A stretch of 64,000 nt of DNA from Candidatus Multivoradales bacterium (GCA_965248925.1 CBDFLE010000005.1:96001-160000), one strand, 5' to 3'; positions 39,483 through 49,227 are shown, counted from the first letter of the stretch. Made by a program: numbers and translations. Notes: generated from the letters alone by a model not told the origin.

Positions 39483-40829
39483 ATGAGTGAATCCGAACAC
39501 GAGTTGCTGATCGGTCGCCTGGCGATCCACTACCAGCTGCTTGATAAGCAGCAAATGCAGGCTGCGAGGTTGCGCAAGCGGGATGCCGCCAGCCCCATCG
39601 AACTGGGCGACTTCCTGGTCGCCGAAGGGCTGCTCGACGCGGCTCAGTTGAGCCAGTTGCAGCGCGCTCGACAGCAGTACCTGGGCCGGCAAACGACAGG
39701 CGGCTCACCGGCCGCTGAGCCGCTCGCCACCGTCGAGCCAGTGGCGGTGGATAGGTTGGCGAATCTACGTTTTTCCACTGAGATTTCGTTGGCTGACCTA
39801 CTGCGAGAAGCCCACCGCGTCGGTGCCAGCGACTTGCATTTGCACAGTGGCTCGCCGCTTAAGGTGCGCCTTGATGGGGCGCTGAGCGAGGTCGAAGAGC
39901 GGCCGATCGAGGCGCCGGAGGCGGAGCGGTTGATCGCCGGCTTGCTCAGCACTGAGCAGCGCCAGGCTCTAGATCAGAATTTGCAGTTGGACCTGTCCTA
40001 CGAGATCGAAGACGTGGGCCGATTTCGCGCCAACATCTACCGTCAACGGCGCGGTCTCGACGCTGTTTTTCGCACCATCCCGCTGCAGCCGCCGAGCCTA
40101 GCGCAGCTTGGATTACCGGATCGGCTGGCCAAACTCACCGAATTCCACCAGGGAATGGTGCTGATTACCGGCCCGGCCGGCTGCGGCAAGTCCACCACCC
40201 TGGCGGCATTGGTCGATCTGATCAACCGCCAGCGCGCGGATCACATCATCACGATCGAAGATCCGATCGAGTTAGTACACCGCTCCAAGCGCTGCGTGGT
40301 CAACCAACGCGAGGTCGGTCCGCACACCGAGAGCTTTGCCCGCGCCCTGCGCGCCGCTTTGCGCGAAGATCCCGACGTCATCGCCATTGGCGAGTTGCGC
40401 GATCTGGAAACTATCTCCTTGGCTCTGACCGCTGCTGAGACCGGCCATTTAGTGTTGGGTACCCTGCACACGTCGAGCGCGGTGCGCACGGTCAATCGCT
40501 TGCTCGGCGTCTTTCCGCCCGAGCAGCAATCGCAGATCCGGACCATGGTGTCCGAATCGCTGCGGGCGGTGGTGTCGCAGCGGCTGCTGCCGCGGGCTGA
40601 TGGCGAGGGTCGAGTGGCGGCGCTCGAAGTGTTGATCAACAATCAGGCGGCGGGCAATCTGATCCGCGACAACAAGACCTTCCAGCTACAGTCGGTCATT
40701 CAGACTGGCAGCGAGCAGGGCATGTGCATGCTCGATGCCTCGTTGCAGCAGCTGCTCAAGCAGGGTGCTATCACCCTGGAGGTGGCGCTGGACAACGCCG
40801 AGGACCCCAAGCGCTTCAAAGATGCCTGA
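39483..40829 (+). CDS. pilT: PilT-family ATPase with N-terminal MshEN-like extension
   Basis: ASDLHL, GRFRAN, GPAGCGKSTT, TIEDPIE, LREDPD.I..GE.RD, GHLV.GTLHT. Confidence 0.85.
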   Translation: MSESEHELLIGRLAIHYQLLDKQQMQAARLRKRDAASPIELGDFLVAEGLLDAAQLSQLQRARQQYLGRQTTGGSPAAEPLATVEPVAVDRLANLRFSTEISLADLLREAHRVGASDLHLHSGSPLKVRLDGALSEVEERPIEAPEAERLIAGLLSTEQRQALDQNLQLDLSYEIEDVGRFRANIYRQRRGLDAVFRTIPLQPPSLAQLGLPDRLAKLTEFHQGMVLITGPAGCGKSTTLAALVDLINRQRADHIITIEDPIELVHRSKRCVVNQREVGPHTESFARALRAALREDPDVIAIGELRDLETISLALTAAETGHLVLGTLHTSSAVRTVNRLLGVFPPEQQSQIRTMVSESLRAVVSQRLLPRADGEGRVAALEVLINNQAAGNLIRDNKTFQLQSVIQTGSEQGMCMLDASLQQLLKQGAITLEVALDNAEDPKRFKDA

Positions 40830-40847
40830 GCGGCGACGGGATAAGAG

Positions 40848-41933
40848 ATGGCAAGACTGCACCAACTATTCAGCCAGCTGAAAGACGATGGGGGATCGGA
40901 CCTGCATCTCACCGTCGGTCTACAGCCGCGCATGCGGATCGATGGTGAGCTGGCCGACGTGGCAGGTTGGCCGGAGTTGACGGCAGGGGAGCTGCTCGAC
41001 ATGATGCGCGAGTTGGTCAACGACGAGCAGTGGGACGACTATCAGCAATGCGGCGATTTGGATTTCGCCTACGGCTTCGAGGGGGTTGCCCGGTTCCGCG
41101 CCAACTACCTGCGCCAGCAGCGGGGCGCGGCGGCGGTCTTTCGCATCATTCCCGAGAAGATTCTCACCTTCGAGCAGCTCGGCATGCCGGCGGCGATTGC
41201 CGATTTGGCCAATTTGCACCGCGGCCTAGTGCTGATCACCGGGCCCACTGGCTCTGGCAAATCGACCACCTTGGCGGCGATCATCGATCACATCAACGCT
41301 ACCTACAGCAAGCACATCGTCACCATCGAGGATCCGGTGGAATTCGTTCACCCGAACAAACGGAGCGTGCTGTCACAGCGCGAGGTGGGTAGCGACGCGG
41401 TGAGTTTCGCGGCGGCGCTTAGGGTGGCGGTGCGCCAAGATGCCGATGTGGTGCTAGTTGGTGAGATGCGCGATCTGGAAACCATCGCTTTGGCGATCAC
41501 CGCCGCCGAGATGGGCGCGCTGGTTTTCGGCACCTTGCACACCAACAACGCCGCCAAGACCATCGACCGAATCATCGATGCCTTCCCGGCCAAAGAGCAG
41601 GCGCAGATCCGTACCACCTTGTCGGAATCGATCACCGCTATCGTTTCTCAGCTGCTGCTGCGCCGCCAAGGCGGCGGCCGGGTAGCGGCGCACGAGATCC
41701 TACTGCGCACCAGCGGGCTGCCCAATGTAGTGCGCGAGGGCAACACTTCGATGCTGCGCTCGATCATCCAGGGCGGTCGGGCGCGTGGCATGATCATGAT
41801 GGACGAATCGCTGATCGCCCTGGTCAAGAGCCAGCAGGTCAGTGCTGAGGAAGCCTACCTCAAGGCCGAAGATAAGCCACGTTTCCAGGCGTTGATGGAG
41901 AAAACACTTGGCACGGCAGACAGTGACCCCTGA
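40848..41933 (+). CDS. pilT: PilT-family twitching motility ATPase
   Basis: GSDLHL, RFRAN, GPTGSGKSTT, TIEDPVEF, GEMRD, GTLHT. Confidence 0.9.
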   Translation: MARLHQLFSQLKDDGGSDLHLTVGLQPRMRIDGELADVAGWPELTAGELLDMMRELVNDEQWDDYQQCGDLDFAYGFEGVARFRANYLRQQRGAAAVFRIIPEKILTFEQLGMPAAIADLANLHRGLVLITGPTGSGKSTTLAAIIDHINATYSKHIVTIEDPVEFVHPNKRSVLSQREVGSDAVSFAAALRVAVRQDADVVLVGEMRDLETIALAITAAEMGALVFGTLHTNNAAKTIDRIIDAFPAKEQAQIRTTLSESITAIVSQLLLRRQGGGRVAAHEILLRTSGLPNVVREGNTSMLRSIIQGGRARGMIMMDESLIALVKSQQVSAEEAYLKAEDKPRFQALMEKTLGTADSDP

Positions 41934-41965
41934 ACCTCCTTTCCCAACCCCGATTTGGAGAGCCG

Positions 41966-43654
41966 ATGAGACATCTCTACCTTCCTATTCTGCTAACTCT
42001 CGCTGTTGTGCTGATGGCTTGCCAATCGCCCAGTGTAGACAGCCAAGGCGGCACCACCCATGAGGCCGAGCCGCGGCCTGGAGCGGCCCTGATGGAGAAA
42101 TACACCTCCTTCACCCTGAGCGCCGATCTAAGTGGCCTCAGCGACGCCCAGCGGCAAATGGTTCCGCTGTTGATCGAAGCCGCCGATGCCATGAACGAGG
42201 CCTTCTGGTTGCAGGCTTACGGCAATCGCGAGCGGCTGTTGAACTCGATCGACGATGCTGATCTGCGCCGTTTCGCCGAGATCAACTACGGTCCCTGGGA
42301 CCGGATCGACGACAACGCTCCCTTTGTCGAAGGTGCTGGCGAGAAGCCCGCCGGGGCCGGCTTCTATCCTGTTGACATGGACAAAGAGGAACTCGAAACA
42401 GCAGCCGCGCAATCGCCGGAGAAAGCCGAGCAGCTGCGTAGCCTCTACACTCTGGTGCAGCGCGACGAAGATGGCGGATTGCGTACCGTGCCCTATAGCG
42501 AAGCCTATGCCGGGCAATACGGCCGCGCTGCTGAGCGTTTGCGCGCCGCCGCCGAGTTGGCTGAGGATGCCGGCTTCAAGCGCTACCTGGAATTGCGCGC
42601 CGAAGCTCTGCTGTCGGACGACTACCTGGCCAGCGATCTAGCTTGGATGGAGATGAAGTCGAACACCCTCGACATCGTCATCGGCCCGATCGAAAGCTAC
42701 GAAGACGCCCTGTTTGGCGCCAAAGCATCGAACGAAGCCTACGTGCTGCTCAAAGATCGCGCCTGGAGTGATCGCCTGGCGCGCTACGCCACCTTCCTGC
42801 CCGAGCTTCAGCGCGGCCTGCCGGTAGTGGATGCCTACAAGCAAGAAACGCCGGGCAGTGATTCGGACCTCGGTGCCTACGACGCCCTGTACTACGCCGG
42901 TGATTGCAACGCCGGCTCCAAGACCATCGCTATCAACCTGCCCAACGACGAGCGGGTGCAATTGCAGAAAGGCACCCGGCGCTTGCAGTTGAAGAACTCC
43001 ATGCGGGCCAAGTTCGAGAAGATCTTGCAGCCGATCGCCGGTCTGCTGATCGATAGCGAGCAGCGCTCGAACATCACCTTCGATGCCTTCTTCGCCAACA
43101 CCATGTTCCACGAGGTTGCCCATGGCCTGGGGATCAAAGAAGTTATCGACGGTTCCGGGCAGACGGTTCGCAAGGCCTTGCAGAATCATGCTTCGGCCCT
43201 CGAAGAAGGCAAGGCCGACGTACTCGGCCTGTACATGATCAGCTCCCTCCACGATCGTGGTGAGCTTGGCGACGGTGCCGACTTGGCTGACAACTACGTC
43301 ACCTTCCTGGCCAGCGTCTTCCGCTCGATCCGCTTCGGCACCTCCAGTTCCCACGGCAAGGCCAACCTGATTCGTTTCAACTACTTCAAAGAACTCGGCG
43401 CCTTCACCCGCGACGCCGCAAGCGGCACCTACCGGGTCGATCAGCAGCAGATGCGGCAGGCGGCCGATGCCCTCTCCGAGCGCATTCTGACCCTGCAAGG
43501 CGACGGCGACTACCAGGCAGTTCAGGCTTTCGTTGACCAATACCTAGTGATGGGCGACGACCTGGCGGCCGATTTAGAGCGCCTGTCCGCCGAAGGGATT
43601 CCGGTCGACATCATCTTCGAGCAGGGCCTGGAGCAGCTCGGCTTGAGTGGTTAG
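41966..43654 (+). CDS. Lipoprotein Zn-peptidase, M49/dipeptidyl-peptidase III-like
   Basis: LMAC lipobox; GPIE.YED.L.G.K, IAINLPND, FHEVAHGLG, LEEGKAD. Confidence 0.85.
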   Translation: MRHLYLPILLTLAVVLMACQSPSVDSQGGTTHEAEPRPGAALMEKYTSFTLSADLSGLSDAQRQMVPLLIEAADAMNEAFWLQAYGNRERLLNSIDDADLRRFAEINYGPWDRIDDNAPFVEGAGEKPAGAGFYPVDMDKEELETAAAQSPEKAEQLRSLYTLVQRDEDGGLRTVPYSEAYAGQYGRAAERLRAAAELAEDAGFKRYLELRAEALLSDDYLASDLAWMEMKSNTLDIVIGPIESYEDALFGAKASNEAYVLLKDRAWSDRLARYATFLPELQRGLPVVDAYKQETPGSDSDLGAYDALYYAGDCNAGSKTIAINLPNDERVQLQKGTRRLQLKNSMRAKFEKILQPIAGLLIDSEQRSNITFDAFFANTMFHEVAHGLGIKEVIDGSGQTVRKALQNHASALEEGKADVLGLYMISSLHDRGELGDGADLADNYVTFLASVFRSIRFGTSSSHGKANLIRFNYFKELGAFTRDAASGTYRVDQQQMRQAADALSERILTLQGDGDYQAVQAFVDQYLVMGDDLAADLERLSAEGIPVDIIFEQGLEQLGLSG

Positions 43655-43727
43655 GGCGATGCTAGGAGGCAGCAAGACGAGGCCACCGCGCCAGCTTGTT
43701 CTGCGGCGAGGACTGTGAGGCCCGCTG

Positions 43728-44639
43728 GTGCTGCTGGCCGCGAGTCTGGGTTGTCTCTCCTCGACGGCTGCGGTGGGGGAGCCGGTCGCGACCTATTTCG
43801 GTTTGCAACCGCCGGGGCTAGAGCCGCGCCTGTTCGCTCCGGCGCTGGTGTCGCAGCCCGACCGACATGAGTTTGGTTCCGTGCTCTCGGCCGATGGCAG
43901 CGAGTTGTACTTTGCCATCGACACCGAGGGCCGCTCCGAGATTTGGCAGGCGGTTCGTCACGGTGAGAGCTGGGGCGAGCCGAAGCGGTTGTTGTTCCAC
44001 GCGGAATTCAGTTTCAACGATCCTTTTCTGGCGCCCGATCAACAGCGCCTCTACTTCATTTCTGACCGGCCCTTAGAAACCGCTGGTGAGCAGAAAGACT
44101 TTGATATTTGGTATGCCGAGCGCCACCACACTGGCTGGTCGGCACCCATCAACCTGGGTCCGCCGGTCAATTCAGCCGCTGCCGAGTACTACATCTCGCT
44201 GACCGCCGAGGGTGATCTCTACTTCGCCTTCAACATCGAACCCCGCCAGGGAAGAACCTTCGACTTCGACATCTACGTCGCCTCTATGAGCGGCGGCCAG
44301 TTCGAAGCGCCGGTTCGCTTCGACGCCGCGGTCAATTCCCGCGGTTACGAAGCCGATGCTTTTGTTGCTGGCGACGGTTCCTACCTGATTTTCAGTTCCT
44401 CGCGTCGCGGTGGTCTGGGAAAGGGCGATCTCTACGTCAGCTTCCGCCAAGCAGATGGCAGTTGGAGTACAGCCAAGAACCTCGGACCGCCGATCAACAC
44501 CCCAGGGCACCAGCTGTGCCCGTTTGTGACTGCCGACGGCGAGTATTCGCTGTTTACCAGCGACCAGGACATCTACTGGGTCAAGGCTGCGGTGATCGGC
44601 CGCGCGCCGAGCGAAGAGAATCCAATCGGCGAGCATTGA
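43728..44639 (+). CDS. Exported PD40/TolB-like beta-propeller protein
   Basis: Repeated S.DG..LYF, W..P.NLG.PVNS and GG.G..DLY motifs. Confidence 0.8.
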   Translation: MLLAASLGCLSSTAAVGEPVATYFGLQPPGLEPRLFAPALVSQPDRHEFGSVLSADGSELYFAIDTEGRSEIWQAVRHGESWGEPKRLLFHAEFSFNDPFLAPDQQRLYFISDRPLETAGEQKDFDIWYAERHHTGWSAPINLGPPVNSAAAEYYISLTAEGDLYFAFNIEPRQGRTFDFDIYVASMSGGQFEAPVRFDAAVNSRGYEADAFVAGDGSYLIFSSSRRGGLGKGDLYVSFRQADGSWSTAKNLGPPINTPGHQLCPFVTADGEYSLFTSDQDIYWVKAAVIGRAPSEENPIGEH

Positions 44640-44697
44640 ACTACGGCGACCCTTGCACGGCTTGCCGGTTGGCCCCGGCAACAATCACAATGCGGGG

Positions 44698-44955
44698 CTA
44701 TTCGCCGTCCAAGGTCTCGGCGAGGCTGTTGGCGGTCAAGATCCGCTTGGCCCAGCGCCGGAGTTGTTTGCTGTTCGCTGCTTCGATGCGCCGCCGAGTG
44801 ACCTCGTCGACGTCACCGAATCGACTCTCGACAAGGTCGATCAGCAGTTGTGCCTGCCCCTGCTTCCTGCCCTTCGTCAGGCCTTGTTTGAGGCCCTGCT
44901 CACGCCCTTCTCGGAGCCACTGTGCAGGCCATTGTGCGACGGTTTCACGGAGCAT
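44698..44955 (-). CDS. Putative in-frame internal small protein (RpnS-like), copy A, 85 aa
   Basis: AGGAGG-tacgcaac-ATG inside rpn, in frame, just before the EG..QG repeats. Confidence 0.65.
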   Translation of the reverse strand: MLRETVAQWPAQWLREGREQGLKQGLTKGRKQGQAQLLIDLVESRFGDVDEVTRRRIEAANSKQLRRWAKRILTANSLAETLDGE

Positions 44956-45672
44956 GTTGCGTACCTCCTGCAAATCTTCAAGCACCGGTATCTCGGCGTC
45001 TGGGTAGCGAGCTGGCAGCAAAGAGTGCTGCAAGAAAGCCAAGAACGTGCGACTCAGCCGCGGATCGGCTATGGCCTTCAACCTCTCGACCAATCTTAGC
45101 GCATGGCGCCGCAACTGTCCCGCGCCGCTGCTGCGCTCCAGGTCGAAGAGGATCGACGCCAGGTTGTCGCTGGCTGCCGACGGCGAGGCGCGATGCTCGT
45201 CGATCAGCAAGTAGCGCAGCCGTGGCCGATAGTCGACGCAGTCGTCCGGACCGGGGGTGATCAGCTCGGCGACATCGCTGGGCGCGGTCCATGGCCGACT
45301 GCCATTGTAGATCACCAGCGGCACCACCGGGGGCAGGGTCTCTCCCGGCTTGACCTGGCCGCCGCGGAGTAGCCCTTCGTAGAACAGGCCGAGATAGGTC
45401 ATCAAGCGAAGAGCCATCCAGGGCTCGTTGCGCGACTGGAACTCGAACAACAGGTAGATGTAGATCCACCCCAGGCGGTGGCGCAATCGCCACAGCAGGT
45501 CCTTCTCACGCCGTGCCAGGCGATCGGAGATTTCTACTTCGGGGGCTTTCTCCAGCGTCGAGAAGTCGAGCCCCTGGATCCAATCCCCGCCGCCATGGGC
45601 GCGCAGCAAGTCTTCCACCATCGGTCGGTGAGAGAAAAGCAGGCGGTATGCGCTGTCGTGTTTTTCTGCCAC
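44698..45672 (-). CDS. Rpn/YhgA-like PD-(D/E)XK nuclease (Transposase_31 family), copy A
   Basis: AGGAGG then GTG at 45672; HD..Y..LFS, D.STLE, DLLW, LFEFQS, MALRL..Y, LPPVVPLVIYNG, EG..QG repeats, DUF4351-like tail. Confidence 0.9.
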   Translation of the reverse strand: MAEKHDSAYRLLFSHRPMVEDLLRAHGGGDWIQGLDFSTLEKAPEVEISDRLARREKDLLWRLRHRLGWIYIYLLFEFQSRNEPWMALRLMTYLGLFYEGLLRGGQVKPGETLPPVVPLVIYNGSRPWTAPSDVAELITPGPDDCVDYRPRLRYLLIDEHRASPSAASDNLASILFDLERSSGAGQLRRHALRLVERLKAIADPRLSRTFLAFLQHSLLPARYPDAEIPVLEDLQEVRNMLRETVAQWPAQWLREGREQGLKQGLTKGRKQGQAQLLIDLVESRFGDVDEVTRRRIEAANSKQLRRWAKRILTANSLAETLDGE

Positions 45673-45844
45673 TGTCCCTGACCTCCTTTGGTCAAGGACA
45701 TAGACGCAAAACGTTGGTGGAATCTTGCAGGGATCTTGCGACAGGGCGTCGGAGCCTGCTCTAATCGGCTCAGTGGGTGGACTCTTCTGAGCCATTCGAG
45801 AGGGGGCTGGCACCGGCCGAGAAGCAGCCAGCGGGAGGGTAGCT

Positions 45845-48800
45845 ATGCACAAGATCTTCATCAGCTATAGCCGAAGCTCAGCCAGTGACGTGGCCCAAGA
45901 CCTGGACAGGCAGCTAAGCGCCGAGGGTTGTGAAGTTTTTCTCGATACCAAGATGCCGCCCGGCGCGATCTGGCCGACTGCACTGAAGGCAGCGATCGAC
46001 GCCGCCGATGCCATGATCCTGCTGCTGAGCGACGGGGTCGAGAACAGTGACTTCGTCAAATGGGAGGTCGATCATGCCCGCGGCCGTATGGGCCAGGGTG
46101 CGGCCTTGAGTCTGATTCCCATCGAGGTCGACTTTCAGGGGCAACTGGACCCGCGCTTGAAGGCCAGGCTGGGGAGCATCCAGACCTGCTCGTGGGGTCG
46201 TCAGCAGGGCTTCGATGTGCTGCTCGACTTGATCCGCTCCGGCCTTGGCATTCCGGAGGTAGATGCGGTCGCCGAGACCTACCGGGCATGGACACTCGCC
46301 AACCCGCAGCCGGTGCGCTTGATCGGGCTTGGCCCCGACACCAATCTACCTCTGGAGTCGATCTACGTGCCGCTGCGGGTTTCGAGGTGCGAGCGCGATG
46401 GTTTGCATCAGTTGGCGGGTGGTGCGATGTCTGGCCGCGATGTTCTTGGCCGCGGTGCAGAGGAGTTACAGGTTGATTCTCTCTTCCGTGAGGGTGTCAG
46501 CGCCAGTCGGCATACCCTGCTGCTCGGCGAACCCGGCTCCGGCAAGACCACGGCATTGATAAAACTCTATGCTCTGTGCCTCGAGGCGGCCGTTGAGAAT
46601 CTCGGCCTGGCTGGTGGTACATTGCCGGTACCTGTGCGCTTGCGCCACTTGAGCGCCGATGATCTTGGCCGGCCGCTGGGGGAAACCCTTGATCGGGCCC
46701 TGGGCAAACGCTTCACCAAGCCGCCGCTGCCCAGCACCCTCGATCGTCTGTGGCGCGCCGGTCGTCCCTTGCTGCTACTGCTCGATGGTCTCGATGAGAT
46801 CACCGACGACGCCTTGCGGACCGAGGTGTGCGACTATCTGGCATGCCAGCTTGGGGAGGCCGCCGGCAGCAGCGTCCGGGCGGTAGTGACTTGCCGTCGG
46901 GCCTATTCGCGATCAGTAGAGCTGGGCGCAGATTTTTGCACCTTGGAAGTGCGACCGCTCGGACCCAAAGAGGCCGACGACCTAGTTAAGTTGTGGTTCC
47001 GGGCGGCCTCCCACACCATGCCCGACTACTCAGCCCAGCGTGCCCTACGGCGCTCCCAACAGCTGCGCCGGGCGCTGCAAGACAGCGTCAACGAAGGAGC
47101 CCAACTGCGGGTGATCGCTGGCTGGCCACTGATGCTGACCCTGCTCTGTGTGGTGATGGCGAAGCGTGGTGAGATACCGCGCCGACGGGTGGAGTTCTAT
47201 CAACGCTGTGTGCGGCTGTTACTCGAAGAGTGGGGGCCACTCCAGGAGCGCGGTCACAAGGCACCCATCACTACCGATCGAGCGTTGCAGGCCCTGCGCC
47301 CATTGGCCTATGAACTGCGTTCCAATCCTCGCGGTGAGTTGCGCCGGCTACAGGTCGTGCGCTACATCCAGCAGGCTTTGCCGCGGGGTGCGGCGCTGCC
47401 AAGCCGAGTGCTCGAGTGGCTGCGTTGCGAGGCCGGCGTGCTCGATGAGCTGGCGCCACATCGCTTTGGTTTTACCCATCTGGCGCTCGAGGAGTACCTT
47501 GCAGCCGAGCACATCGCCGAGCAGCCCGATGATCAGTTGCTGCTGGACCTCGTCGGCCGCTTCGACGGTGAGCGCTGGTACGAGGTCGCTCAGCTACTGG
47601 TGGCACTGCCCGGCCGCGGCATGTTTGCCCGTCTGATGGAACAGCTGCTCGATGGACCAGCTCTGCTACAACAGGCAGACCTATTGAGACTCTGCATTGA
47701 AGAGGCCGACGAGGTCGATGTAACTCCATTCCTCAAGCGCCTGGCCGACCCAAATCTCGATGCCACTCGCCAGGCCGCCCTATTGCGGCTGATGAGTGGC
47801 CAGCGGGATCCGCGCCTGCTAGAGCAGGCGCGGGCCCTGGCCAGTGGCGAGAATGTTGCGGTAGTCGCTCTCGCCGAACGCTTGATGAATTTGGCTGAGC
47901 AGGCGACTGATGGGTCGACCGAGCGATGCGTTTACCTGGTAGCCCACTCAGCTGATGCAGAACCAGCGGCGGAGGTGGCCAAGGCTCTGCGCCGCGGCGG
48001 CGTGCGGATCTACGAGGTACCGCCCGATGAGCTGTGGTTGGACCATTTCGACCGCATCTGCGAAAACTGTGGTGGCGGCGTCGTGGTGTTGGTCAGCGGC
48101 GGCGAGCCGCCGTGGAGAGACCCCGACGTGGCCGATTTCCTGGAGATTTTCTCCAACCTCGAAGGGCGTGCGCTAACCCTGGCCCGGTTGCCCGGCGCAC
48201 CGTCAGGTTGGGAGCGACTAGAAGACGCTTGGGCCGAGCGTTGCGGCCCGGTGGTCGATCTAACCATCGCCTGTGGCCCAGAGCAGGTCATCGCCCTCGT
48301 TGCCTCTCTGGCTGGCACCGGTCGGCGGGCGCCCGAGACTTCCGTCGGGAGCAGCGATTCAGAGTTCCGTGCCAGGGCCGTCCAGCGGCTCTTGGTGGAG
48401 CCGGTCACCGGCATGCGTTTCCTGTGGGTTGATGGTGGCGAGTTGCGCATGGGTACAGACGAGGAGAGCTGGCCAGGTTTCGAAGATGAATTCTTCGCTG
48501 CCGCCCGGCCGGCCCATGGGGTAGAAGTGTCAGGTTTCTGGCTGGCGGAGACGCCGATGACTAACCGGCAGTACAAGTTTTTCATGGAAGCAGATGAGTT
48601 CGAAGGCAAGCCGCCCGGGCGGTGGACGGATAGGCGCTTCTCAGCCGAAGATCAACCGGTGGTGGGGGTGAGTTGGAGCGCGGCGAGGAGCTGCGCCGCT
48701 TGGCTAGGGCGACAGCTGGGGCAGGGGCGCGATGCTGATCTACCTAGTGAAGCGCAGTGGGAGTGGGCGGCTCGGGGCAAGGATGGGCGAATCTATCCTT

Positions 48801-49174
48801 GGGGTGATGCCGAGCCCACCAGCGAGTTGGCTTGTTTCGGGCTTGACTGGCAGGAGGATCGGCCAGCATCGGTCGGCTCATATCCGGCAGGCCGGGGCCC
48901 CTTCGGTCATCTCGATGTGGCTGGTCTGGTTTGGGAGTGGTGCCTCGATCACTTCGATGGAGGCACTTACAGTCAGCGGTATGGGGCCCCGCCAGAGCGT
49001 GATCCGATTGTCTGGGGCAAGATTGAAAATACTGACGAGGTACGTGTCCTCCGGGGCGGCGGCTGGCCCGATCCCGCGCCGGACCTGCGCTCTGCGATCC
49101 GCTTCAGGTTCCCGGCCAGGAGCCGGTACTCGGTTATCGGCTTTCGTGTGGCCGTCTCTCCCCCGAGCCTTTGA
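45845..49174 (+). CDS. DGR target 1: TIR - NACHT - TIR-like - FGE/C-type-lectin-fold protein
   Basis: IFISYSR…FLD…S.FV.WEV (TIR); GEPGSGKTT and LLLLDGLDE (NACHT); LPSEAQWEWAARG, YPWG, VWEWC, RGGGW, GFRVA (FGE). Confidence 0.92.
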   Translation: MHKIFISYSRSSASDVAQDLDRQLSAEGCEVFLDTKMPPGAIWPTALKAAIDAADAMILLLSDGVENSDFVKWEVDHARGRMGQGAALSLIPIEVDFQGQLDPRLKARLGSIQTCSWGRQQGFDVLLDLIRSGLGIPEVDAVAETYRAWTLANPQPVRLIGLGPDTNLPLESIYVPLRVSRCERDGLHQLAGGAMSGRDVLGRGAEELQVDSLFREGVSASRHTLLLGEPGSGKTTALIKLYALCLEAAVENLGLAGGTLPVPVRLRHLSADDLGRPLGETLDRALGKRFTKPPLPSTLDRLWRAGRPLLLLLDGLDEITDDALRTEVCDYLACQLGEAAGSSVRAVVTCRRAYSRSVELGADFCTLEVRPLGPKEADDLVKLWFRAASHTMPDYSAQRALRRSQQLRRALQDSVNEGAQLRVIAGWPLMLTLLCVVMAKRGEIPRRRVEFYQRCVRLLLEEWGPLQERGHKAPITTDRALQALRPLAYELRSNPRGELRRLQVVRYIQQALPRGAALPSRVLEWLRCEAGVLDELAPHRFGFTHLALEEYLAAEHIAEQPDDQLLLDLVGRFDGERWYEVAQLLVALPGRGMFARLMEQLLDGPALLQQADLLRLCIEEADEVDVTPFLKRLADPNLDATRQAALLRLMSGQRDPRLLEQARALASGENVAVVALAERLMNLAEQATDGSTERCVYLVAHSADAEPAAEVAKALRRGGVRIYEVPPDELWLDHFDRICENCGGGVVVLVSGGEPPWRDPDVADFLEIFSNLEGRALTLARLPGAPSGWERLEDAWAERCGPVVDLTIACGPEQVIALVASLAGTGRRAPETSVGSSDSEFRARAVQRLLVEPVTGMRFLWVDGGELRMGTDEESWPGFEDEFFAAARPAHGVEVSGFWLAETPMTNRQYKFFMEADEFEGKPPGRWTDRRFSAEDQPVVGVSWSAARSCAAWLGRQLGQGRDADLPSEAQWEWAARGKDGRIYPWGDAEPTSELACFGLDWQEDRPASVGSYPAGRGPFGHLDVAGLVWEWCLDHFDGGTYSQRYGAPPERDPIVWGKIENTDEVRVLRGGGWPDPAPDLRSAIRFRFPARSRYSVIGFRVAVSPPSL
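49053..49168 (+). repeat. DGR variable repeat VR1
   Basis: 116 bp; 14 mismatches to the TR, all at TR adenines. Confidence 0.97.
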
Positions 49175-49204
49175 TTCTTGTTCATTGGGTGTCTTTTCTG
49201 CGGG

Positions 49205-49227
49205 GTCCAGGGGCAGAGCCCCTGGAC
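49205..49227 (+). promoter_or_regulatory. DGR target hairpin downstream of VR1
   Basis: GTCCAGGGGC-AGA-GCCCCTGGAC: 10-bp stem, 3-nt loop. Confidence 0.85.

Larger units (their letters stand above)
44697..45774. repeat. Direct repeat copy A (rpn gene plus about 100 bp upstream)
   Basis: Near-identical to 55325-56390, from GCTATTCGCCGTCCAAGG to CCTGCTCTA(A/C)TCGGCTCAGT. Confidence 0.9.

Noticed and set aside
44698-45672. rpn genes as true IS transposases
   Set aside because: There is no DDE/HUH motif and I saw no terminal inverted repeats or target-site duplication; the family is a PD-(D/E)XK nuclease.
45673-45861. Longer N-termini given in the ORF track for rpn A (and likewise rpn B, avd, RT, cinA, glyS)
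   Set aside because: RBS or promoter position, overlap with neighbouring genes and the start of family similarity favour the downstream starts used here.
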